Part shown: positions 56,872 to 64,000 of the stretch, in pieces
How the letters are laid out: each line of letters begins with the position of its first letter
Numbering within the stretch: the stretch's first letter is position 1
Assembly: GCA_039810425.1 (NCBI GenBank)
Contig: JBDHWW010000001.1
Span: forward strand, 96,001 to 160,000
Source: Pseudobdellovibrionaceae bacterium
GTDB lineage: Bacteria > Bdellovibrionota > Bdellovibrionia > Bdellovibrionales > Bdellovibrionaceae
Direction of reading: 5' to 3'
Length of the DNA stretch: 64,000 bases
Notes under the pieces: model-generated
Database searches by the model: none
Told to the model about the DNA's origin: nothing
The model's input: only the letters and a program-made list of their open reading frames with translations
Program-made: the position numbers and the translations under genes

Positions 56872-57932
56872 AGATTCTCGTTTGTGTCGGCAATGGCGGA
56901 GTGGGTAAAACCACAATGGCGGCAGCCATGGGCGTGCAAGCGGCTCAGCGTGGGTTAAAGGTTCTTGTGCTGACGATTGATCCGGCCAAGCGCCTGGCAA
57001 CGACTTTGGGAATCGAGGGTGAAAAAGATATCGTGCGCGTTCCGAATCAAAACTTTAAAGGTGAGCTGTTCGCGTCCGTTGTAGATCATAAAAAAACTTT
57101 CGATGATTTTGTCCTGCGGGCAGCGGCCAAGTCTGAAGCGGCAAAAAAACTTTTTGAAAACAAACTCTATCAGCAGCTTTCCACCAATCTGAGCGGTTCA
57201 CAAGACTTTACGGCGCTTGAGAAGCTGTATTCCAGCTACGAGTCCGGAGAGTTCGACCTCATTATCCTGGATACTCCGCCGGCAAAGCATGCGATCGATT
57301 TCCTGAATGCGCCTCAAAAGCTGTCAGTGCTTTTCAACGACAAGGTGGCCCGCTGGTTCCGCGAATCAAACACCAAGTCGGCTGGCGGTTTGCTGCTCAA
57401 TCTTCTGAACGCCGGTACGAAGCAAGTTCTCAATATTCTGGAATCCGTGACGGGCAGTGAACTGCTGCGTGAACTATCGGATTTTTTCATGAGTATTGAG
57501 CAATGGCAGGAGCGCCTGGAATCGCGTATCACCAATGTTCATCGCATGATGGTCAGTCCTGAGACTCAGTTCTGTCTGGTCACGAGCTTTGATCAGGCAA
57601 AATTACTCGAAGCCGAATACTTTCTGCGTGAAATCCGCAAGGGCGGGTATCACTTGCAAATGCTGCTCTTAAACCGCTCCTACCCAGAATGGTTCAGGGG
57701 AGAGACGCCACCTCTGAAAGAACCCCCGGCCGGAGCGGACAAGCTGTACTCGTTATTTAAGAAAGAAAAGGCTTTTTACCAACAGCGCGACCAAGAGCAC
57801 GAAGCTTTCGCCAAGAAGCTGGCGAAGGATGTCCGTGTGCTGCGCCTTCCAGAAGTGACTGAAACGATTTTTGATTTACAGGGTTTGATTCGCATGGCGG
57901 AGATTTTGAAAGAAAAAGGGGACTCTAAGTGA
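56868..57932 (+). CDS. ArsA/Get3-family ATPase, subunit 2
   Basis: GNGGVGKTT, TIDPAKRLA and DTPP; ATGA overlap with subunit 1. Confidence 0.85.
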   Translation: MKILVCVGNGGVGKTTMAAAMGVQAAQRGLKVLVLTIDPAKRLATTLGIEGEKDIVRVPNQNFKGELFASVVDHKKTFDDFVLRAAAKSEAAKKLFENKLYQQLSTNLSGSQDFTALEKLYSSYESGEFDLIILDTPPAKHAIDFLNAPQKLSVLFNDKVARWFRESNTKSAGGLLLNLLNAGTKQVLNILESVTGSELLRELSDFFMSIEQWQERLESRITNVHRMMVSPETQFCLVTSFDQAKLLEAEYFLREIRKGGYHLQMLLLNRSYPEWFRGETPPLKEPPAGADKLYSLFKKEKAFYQQRDQEHEAFAKKLAKDVRVLRLPEVTETIFDLQGLIRMAEILKEKGDSK

Positions 57933-59011
57933 GTGGACTTGGCATTTTAGTTTTTGTGGCACTGGTTTCGGCTTGTTCTATGACTCCAAAGCGCAGCCAG
58001 GAAGCGACCCAACAAGCTCCGGAGACGCTGGATTTCCAGCTTCTCGAGAAGCAGATGAGATCACAAAACTTTGAAGCAGCGGTCGCTACCACAAAGAATT
58101 TCAAAGTGGTTTATCCGTATTCGCTGCAATTGCAAAAAGTCCGTTTTTATGAAGCCAATGCCCTCGAGGAACTGGGCCGTTGGAGCGAAGCGGCCGATAC
58201 TTACAAAGCAATCTCTACCATCTCTGAAAGAAATCAGCCTGAGATTGCAGCAATGAGTATTTATCGTCTGTCGTTCGTGTATGAAGCTCTTGGCGACGAT
58301 CAAAGAGTGATTGCGACCCTGTTTGAAGCGGCAAAATACCACAAAGAACTTCCGATTGAAGTGATTCAAGCAGAAATCCCTTCGCGCCTGGCGATGGTTT
58401 ATGCAAAAGAAAACAACGCTAAAGAAGCTGCCAAGTGGCTGGGTGCTGCGGATAAAGGTTTGAAGCGCACTCTGGAAAACCGCACGGAGCCTCTATCGCA
58501 GACCTACTTGGCGGAGCTTTATTACAATATGGGCTCGATCTCGACGGAGCAGCTGTCTAACGACAACATCCTCACGATCATCCAAGGTCAGGCGGCCGTG
58601 CAAAAATATCTGATCCGCGCTCTTCAATACGGCGATCCGGTTTGGTCCGCGAAGGCACTGAAGAAACTAAAAAGTACTTACCTAGATTTGTGGAAAGCGA
58701 TTGAAACTTATCCGGAACCCTCAGGCTATGAACCACTCGTCGCCCAAAAGATGAGAAAAGACTCGCAAACTCAACTCGCAGGGCCGTACGCCGATCTTAT
58801 GCGTGATGCCGAACTGTATCGCCCGGGGGCGGAACAGAAGAGCAATCAGTACCAAACAGATTTTTTTAACTTTGTTGAAGAGGTGCAGACGCGGGTACGC
58901 ACTGTATTGGATAGCGCGGTCTTAACTCCTCTTATGCCGGGTCGGGACAAAGCTCCACAAAAACCCCGAACTCCTGTTAAGATAGTGCCTTCGGAAGATC
59001 CGAATTTATAA
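57929..59011 (+). CDS. TPR-containing lipoprotein
   Basis: Lipobox LVSAC; TPR-like helical repeats. Confidence 0.75.
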   Translation: MSGLGILVFVALVSACSMTPKRSQEATQQAPETLDFQLLEKQMRSQNFEAAVATTKNFKVVYPYSLQLQKVRFYEANALEELGRWSEAADTYKAISTISERNQPEIAAMSIYRLSFVYEALGDDQRVIATLFEAAKYHKELPIEVIQAEIPSRLAMVYAKENNAKEAAKWLGAADKGLKRTLENRTEPLSQTYLAELYYNMGSISTEQLSNDNILTIIQGQAAVQKYLIRALQYGDPVWSAKALKKLKSTYLDLWKAIETYPEPSGYEPLVAQKMRKDSQTQLAGPYADLMRDAELYRPGAEQKSNQYQTDFFNFVEEVQTRVRTVLDSAVLTPLMPGRDKAPQKPRTPVKIVPSEDPNL

Positions 59012-59035
59012 GCCCAGTACTCAGGGGAGTCATTC

Positions 59036-60286
59036 ATGGTCAAAGACCTATTACACAAGCAGACACTGGAACACATGAATGAAATCTGCAAATGGTTTCA
59101 GAATAAAACGGGAGGGCTCGCCTACCCAATCTACTCAAGCTACGATATTCGCGATGCGGGTTACAAAGTTTCTAATGTTGATGCGAACATTTTTCCGGCG
59201 GGGTTCAACAACATCTGCCCAGCGGATAAAGAATCCGCCGTGGCTTTGGTGGCGGGGTATATCAACAAGCACTATGGCGCGGCGGTGAAAAACATTCTGC
59301 TCGTGACGGAGGAACACACCAGCAATCCCTTCTACTGGGATAACGTCTACACAATTAAGTCCTTGATTGAGCAAGCCGGCAAAACGGTTCGTATTGCGAT
59401 TCCACGTGAAATGGCGGAGCCTCTAAAAGTTCAAAGTGCGTCGGGTCGCGAGCTGACCGTGGGCTCTGCGCTTAAAGGCAGCCACCTGATGGCTGAATTC
59501 AAACCGGATTTGATTATCAGCAATAATGATTTCTCTGAAGCTTATGAAGATTGGGCCAAGACCGTCGAGACCGCGATGAACCCGCCGCGTGAACTCGGCT
59601 GGTATCAGCGTAAAAAAAGCCGTTACTTCAAGTTCTACAATCAGCTGGTGAATGAATTTTCCGAAGTGGCAAAGATTGATCCATTTTTGTTGCGCGTGGA
59701 AACCGAAGAGTATGCACACTTTGATATTAACAGCGAAGAAAGCCGCAACGACTTGGCAAACAGAGTCGACGCGATGCTAGCTCGTTTGAAACAAGAATAT
59801 CAAAAACGCGGTATCACTCAAGAGCCTTTCGTATTCGTTAAAAACAACGCCGGTACCTATGGCTTGGCGGTGATTCGGGTGGGATCTGGCGATGAAGTTC
59901 GCCAGTGGAGCTACAAGTCCCGCAAAAAAATGAAAGCCGCCAAGGGTGGCCGCGACGTGGAAGAAGTGATTATCCAAGAAGGGATTCCATCGATCGTCCA
60001 ATCCGACGGCGCATCCGCGGAACCGGTTATCTACATGATTGGTTGTGAGCTTGCCGGGGGCTTTTTACGCACGCACTCCGAAAAGAACTCGACAGAAAGT
60101 TTGAATAGCCCCGGTGCTGTTTATAAACGTCTTTGCGTTTCCGATCTGGGTGTTCGCGCCGAGGGCTGCCCTCAAGAAAATGTTTATGGTTGGAGTGCAA
60201 AGCTAGGTCTTCTCGCGATTGCTTTAGAAGCGGAAGAGATGGATGTGGAATTTAAGAACTATAACAAGATCCCTTGTGGCAACTAA
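59036..60286 (+). CDS. gshA: Glutamate--cysteine ligase, divergent GshA family (PF08886-type)
   Basis: PIYSSYDIRDAGYK...DANIFPAGFNN, FVKNNAGTYG, IIQEGI and ESLNSPG. Confidence 0.85.
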   Translation: MVKDLLHKQTLEHMNEICKWFQNKTGGLAYPIYSSYDIRDAGYKVSNVDANIFPAGFNNICPADKESAVALVAGYINKHYGAAVKNILLVTEEHTSNPFYWDNVYTIKSLIEQAGKTVRIAIPREMAEPLKVQSASGRELTVGSALKGSHLMAEFKPDLIISNNDFSEAYEDWAKTVETAMNPPRELGWYQRKKSRYFKFYNQLVNEFSEVAKIDPFLLRVETEEYAHFDINSEESRNDLANRVDAMLARLKQEYQKRGITQEPFVFVKNNAGTYGLAVIRVGSGDEVRQWSYKSRKKMKAAKGGRDVEEVIIQEGIPSIVQSDGASAEPVIYMIGCELAGGFLRTHSEKNSTESLNSPGAVYKRLCVSDLGVRAEGCPQENVYGWSAKLGLLAIALEAEEMDVEFKNYNKIPCGN

Positions 60287-60447
60287 TCTTAGGTCTATAC
60301 CGGCCTTTTTAAAGCGGTAAAATTCTACGCGTTTTCGTGCTTCGATTCAACAGGCACACGTCCATAGTCCGGGCTAAAGGGCGGTTTTCGTACCAAACAC
60401 TAAAATTGTGCTAGCATTATTTTAAGCACAATCGCGTGCTTAGGACT

Positions 60448-61095
60448 ATGGAGGGTCTTTTGAAAAAGTTAGGAATGACTTTTTTCTTATTCGCCATCTC
60501 ATTCAGTGCGGGCTATGGAATCATGTACCGCACGTCTGCATGGGGTCCGATCACACGCGATCCTGCGGCTATTCGCCAAGTTTATGATTTCTCAAATTTA
60601 AGTGGAAGTGATTTAACCGCCGCGATGAAAAAGCGCCTGCTTGCCGGCTCGACCGTAGTTCATGAGCATCAAAGCCTTGGTGTTGAACTCGGTCACTTTG
60701 CGCTGGCAAAACTCACCGGTGAAAAGACGCTTGCCTGCCAGGAATTCCAAAAAGTCACTTTGCACTTCGAAGCAGAAGGTGTCGCGACCAGCGGCGAGCG
60801 TCCTGTCATGGAAGTCGAAGGGGCCTGTGAGTTCTCGTCAGACATGACGAAGATTAATCCGATCCTAATCCCCGTGGATAAAATCATGGCCGAGAAACCT
60901 ACTGACGGCGAAATCCAATACCGCGAAGGCCATCCAGTGACCTTGCGTTTTCGCGGTTTGACGGAAGAATGGCCCACGCGCTGGCTGCTCACTGGTGTTC
61001 GTCTATCTAATCAAGGCGAGCAAAAAGAACTTTTGATTGACGCGGAAGAAGTCAGTCAGATTCTGGGACGACCGATGATGGTGAATTTCAAGTAG
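60448..61095 (+). CDS. Membrane-anchored hypothetical protein
   Basis: N-terminal hydrophobic helix, RDPAA motif and one Cys pair; start uncertain (60436-60475). Confidence 0.7.
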   Translation: MEGLLKKLGMTFFLFAISFSAGYGIMYRTSAWGPITRDPAAIRQVYDFSNLSGSDLTAAMKKRLLAGSTVVHEHQSLGVELGHFALAKLTGEKTLACQEFQKVTLHFEAEGVATSGERPVMEVEGACEFSSDMTKINPILIPVDKIMAEKPTDGEIQYREGHPVTLRFRGLTEEWPTRWLLTGVRLSNQGEQKELLIDAEEVSQILGRPMMVNFK

Positions 61096-61099
61096 TTCC

Positions 61100-62950
61100 A
61101 TGTCCAAATCAGAAGCGAACTCATTTACAAAAAAGCACTACGTGGTGATGCTTTTTCTTTTTGTCCTCAGTTTTGCGATATATGGCGGCACTTTTTATCA
61201 TAAGTTCGTGAACTTCGACGATCCGGCCTTAGCCTACGAAAACAAAGATATCCGCAGTTTCAACCTCAAGCAGATATTCACAAGCACCGTTGCGGAAGAC
61301 TATATCCCGTTGACGGCTGTGAGCTACGCGATCGATCATGCCCTGTTTGGCATGGATCCTTCGTTTTTTCATCTGCATAATGTGATTCTTCATGGCCTGA
61401 ATGTCCTTCTGGCTTTTCTACTTGTTTTAATGATTTCCCAATGGAGTCTCGCAGCGGCGACAATCACGGCACTGCTTTTTGCAATTCATCCGCTGCACGT
61501 GGAGTCTGTGGCTTGGGTAGCTGAAAGAAAAGACGTGCTTTCCACTTTTTTTTCATTGGTCTCGATGGTCTTCTACTGGAAATTTTTGGAAAAACGAAAC
61601 ACGGGCCTTTTTGTTCTTAGTTTTCTTTGCGTTGTGCTGGGGTTGTTTGCGAAGTTTATGGCGGTTTCCGTCCCGGCGGTTTTAGTGCTGATGGAATTGC
61701 AGCGCCGCGAAGACCCTCGAAAGACCGCTCTCCGGATGATTCCGTTTGCGGCATTGGCGGGAGTTTTTACTTATATCCATCTGACCCTCCACAATAGCGC
61801 AACCGCTCAGCTGCCGTGGAGTTTGCAGCGGGGAATTGATTCGCTTGCGTTTTATCTGGCAAAGACCTTTTATCCAGTGGGACTCAGTGTTTTTTATGAA
61901 CAAAACGTCGTTCATGTGTTGTGGTGGCAGTACCTCATCGGCGGTGTCATCCTGCTGGCCTTGGCTGTAGCCGCATGGAAGTTCAAGCAGGTGCGCGCGA
62001 AAATTCTATTTGGTGGCGCGTTCTTCCTGCTTTCGATCTTTCCGGTTCTGCAGATTATCCCATTCGGAAACCTTTTCTCCTTTGGTGACCGCTTCATGTA
62101 TTTGCCAAGCGTCGGGCTGTTTTACGCCCTCAGTGCCTTAGCTATCGCCTTGATCGAGCGGCGCCCGCGCCTGCAGAGGCAGGCGCTGATATTTTTGTGG
62201 TCTCTGGGGGCCGTGTTCTTGGCGGTTCAGTCCTATGAACGAACTTCGGTGTGGCAGGATTCAAAAGCGCTTTGGACGGACGCGGTAAAGACTTACCCGA
62301 AGAGTGCGGTGGCCTTGAACAACCTTGGTCTTGTTTACCTCGAGGCCGCCGACCGCCAGACCGCGATTCCATTTTTCATCCAAGCAGCGCAATTGCGAAA
62401 TGATTACACCGAGCCTTATGTAAATCTTGGCTTGGCGTACTTGGATCTCAAGCAACTCAACGACGCATCCGCGGCATTGAAAGAAGCACTGAGAATTGAT
62501 CCGAAGCTGCCGCGCGCCCACGTGAATATGGCTTTGATTTTCGAAGCACAAAATCAGCTCGACCGAGCGGGTGAGCACTACCTTCGCGCTTTGGAACTTG
62601 ATCCGGATTTGACGATGGCCCGTTACAATCTCGGCGTCATTTATTACCGGCTACAGCAGATCGGGAAAGCCCTGGCGATGTTTCGCGAAACGACTCAGCA
62701 CGATCCATACCTATCAGAAGCACATCAGGGAATCGGTGTGATTCTCGCGGAAATGGGCGATACTGCGAACGCTATTCCAGAATTTCAAAAAGCGATCGAA
62801 TTGGATCCTTTGTACGAGGCACCAAGAATTCAGTTGATCAGCATTTACAATAAGCAGGGCCGCACGGATTTGATGGCCCAAGAGGTCGAAGGCTTGCAGC
62901 ATGCTCAGCGTGAACTGGCGAGCCAGCCTCCCACAAGACCAAGAAGATAA
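61100..62950 (+). CDS. TMTC-like GT-C membrane protein with C-terminal TPR repeats
   Basis: FVNFDD, FHLHNVILH, FAIHPLHVESVAWVAERKDVL and DRFMYLP, followed by TPRs. Confidence 0.85.
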   Translation: MSKSEANSFTKKHYVVMLFLFVLSFAIYGGTFYHKFVNFDDPALAYENKDIRSFNLKQIFTSTVAEDYIPLTAVSYAIDHALFGMDPSFFHLHNVILHGLNVLLAFLLVLMISQWSLAAATITALLFAIHPLHVESVAWVAERKDVLSTFFSLVSMVFYWKFLEKRNTGLFVLSFLCVVLGLFAKFMAVSVPAVLVLMELQRREDPRKTALRMIPFAALAGVFTYIHLTLHNSATAQLPWSLQRGIDSLAFYLAKTFYPVGLSVFYEQNVVHVLWWQYLIGGVILLALAVAAWKFKQVRAKILFGGAFFLLSIFPVLQIIPFGNLFSFGDRFMYLPSVGLFYALSALAIALIERRPRLQRQALIFLWSLGAVFLAVQSYERTSVWQDSKALWTDAVKTYPKSAVALNNLGLVYLEAADRQTAIPFFIQAAQLRNDYTEPYVNLGLAYLDLKQLNDASAALKEALRIDPKLPRAHVNMALIFEAQNQLDRAGEHYLRALELDPDLTMARYNLGVIYYRLQQIGKALAMFRETTQHDPYLSEAHQGIGVILAEMGDTANAIPEFQKAIELDPLYEAPRIQLISIYNKQGRTDLMAQEVEGLQHAQRELASQPPTRPRR

Positions 62951-62954
62951 ATAA

Positions 62955-63812
62955 TTAAGTTTGACCGACTAAGAAGCACTCGGCCGTGCCGGCGTTTAAT
63001 CCGTCCGTGCGATGTGCAAAGTAGCGTTGGAAAAGGTTTTGAGCCGAAACATGCTCGGCTTTCTTGAAGCCGGCCTCTTTCGCCATCGCTAAAATCTCGT
63101 CAGGCTTAAACAAGCTTAAGAACGGAGTTCCGGATTCGGCAGCACGTTTCATCACGAAATCCATCATGCCACGCTCTTTAGGCTCCATCAGATCCAGTGC
63201 TAGCATGAAAGTTGTCGCAAAGGTAGAACCCCGAGCAAGCGTCGCCATTTGCTTAAACGTCGCCATATTCGTTTCGCGGGTGAGGTACATCGTTACGCCT
63301 GTTGAAACGACGACCGCAGGCTTGTTCTTATCGAAACCCGCCGCCAACAACTGATTCCACCAAGACTGACCGCCTTCGAAATCCACCGGTACGAAATGCA
63401 GTCCTGCAGGTGCCGCATAGCCAGTTTCGGCAAGACGTTTTTGTTTCCAAGCTTGAGGGCCCGGCTGATCGACTTCGAAGATCTGCATACGTGAAGCCAG
63501 ATCCGGACGGCGTTGGGCAAACGTGTCTAAGCCAGCACCGAGAATCACGTACTGGTTGGTGCCAAGTTTGAGCTGTTCTTCGACGAGATCCTCAATGAAG
63601 CGCGCCCGTCCGACAACGGAGGCTCGCATGGATTTAGAAAAATCAGGACTCATGTCCTGACGATTCTGCCAGCCTTCTTCAGCCACGAGTTTTACGCCTA
63701 CTTCATCAGTAAAAATATGAGGAGCAGGGTCAAGCAGCACATGGAGAGCGCGCCACAAGGACACGCGAACCGCCGTGTGTTCCGGAGCGATGGCTTTGTT
63801 ATCAATTGCCAT
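62955..63812 (-). CDS. Class I SAM-dependent methyltransferase (LCM/TIGR00027-like)
   Basis: RARFIED, QYVILGAGLDT, FEVDQP and VPVDF. Confidence 0.88.
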   Translation of the reverse strand: MAIDNKAIAPEHTAVRVSLWRALHVLLDPAPHIFTDEVGVKLVAEEGWQNRQDMSPDFSKSMRASVVGRARFIEDLVEEQLKLGTNQYVILGAGLDTFAQRRPDLASRMQIFEVDQPGPQAWKQKRLAETGYAAPAGLHFVPVDFEGGQSWWNQLLAAGFDKNKPAVVVSTGVTMYLTRETNMATFKQMATLARGSTFATTFMLALDLMEPKERGMMDFVMKRAAESGTPFLSLFKPDEILAMAKEAGFKKAEHVSAQNLFQRYFAHRTDGLNAGTAECFLVGQT

Positions 63813-63822
63813 AGGCGATCCC

Positions 63823-64000
63823 TTACTTATTTACGCACGTCAAAATTTTAAGGCCAAAGTTATCGGCGACATAGGTACCGCGCAGACCTTGGTGTCCGCT
63901 CATGTTCATGATGCGCAGGCTGGGATCATTGACCATGGTCATTGTATAGTACTGGCCAAAACCAGACGACTGAGATTGAACAACCCAGATAGAACCGTTT
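63823..64000 (-). CDS. 3' end of a hypothetical gene entering from outside the window
   Basis: Frame open from the window edge to TAA at 63823-63825 (...DNFGLKILTCVNK), just upstream of the methyltransferase. Confidence 0.55.
   Translation of the reverse strand, partial: NGSIWVVQSQSSGFGQYYTMTMVNDPSLRIMNMSGHQGLRGTYVADNFGLKILTCVNK

Noticed and set aside
55999..57932. Arsenic-resistance operon
   Set aside because: No arsB, arsC, arsR or arsD nearby; the split tandem arrangement fits the non-arsenic Get3-like pairs

Overview
This 64 kb bacterial window is most likely from a Bdellovibrio-like predator (Bdellovibrionota). That is inferred from an FQNC-lipobox lipoprotein, many Cys-rich secreted hypotheticals, a Tad-domain protein, a PF08886-type GshA and a tandem ArsA pair. 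Positions 1-14.6 kb form a visibly AT-richer accessory island. It interleaves three class-III-signal (pilin-like) genes with five GT2 glycosyltransferases, a polytopic GT-C-like membrane protein, a UDP-glucuronate decarboxylase, a SAM methyltransferase, an arylsulfotransferase-like protein and a His-motif membrane enzyme. The island is the best candidate for an undescribed pilin/surface glycosylation system. The rest is mostly core genome: priA, galU, M23 peptidase, TonB-like protein, nagZ, amgK/murU-like pair, sigma-54 activator, msbA-like transporter, uvrA, PBP1A, mscL, ftsEX-envC-ctpA, tig, gshA and a TMTC-like protein. Other highlights are a TadG-like gene followed by two secreted Cys/Gly-rich proteins sharing a C-terminal motif, a 42-aa highly basic ORF missing from the ORF track, a degenerate enhancer-binding-protein-like gene behind the intact activator, and sigma-54/sigma-28-like promoters. 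I found no rRNA, tRNA, CRISPR array, integrase or transposase. All product calls come from motifs read by eye; no database searches were run.
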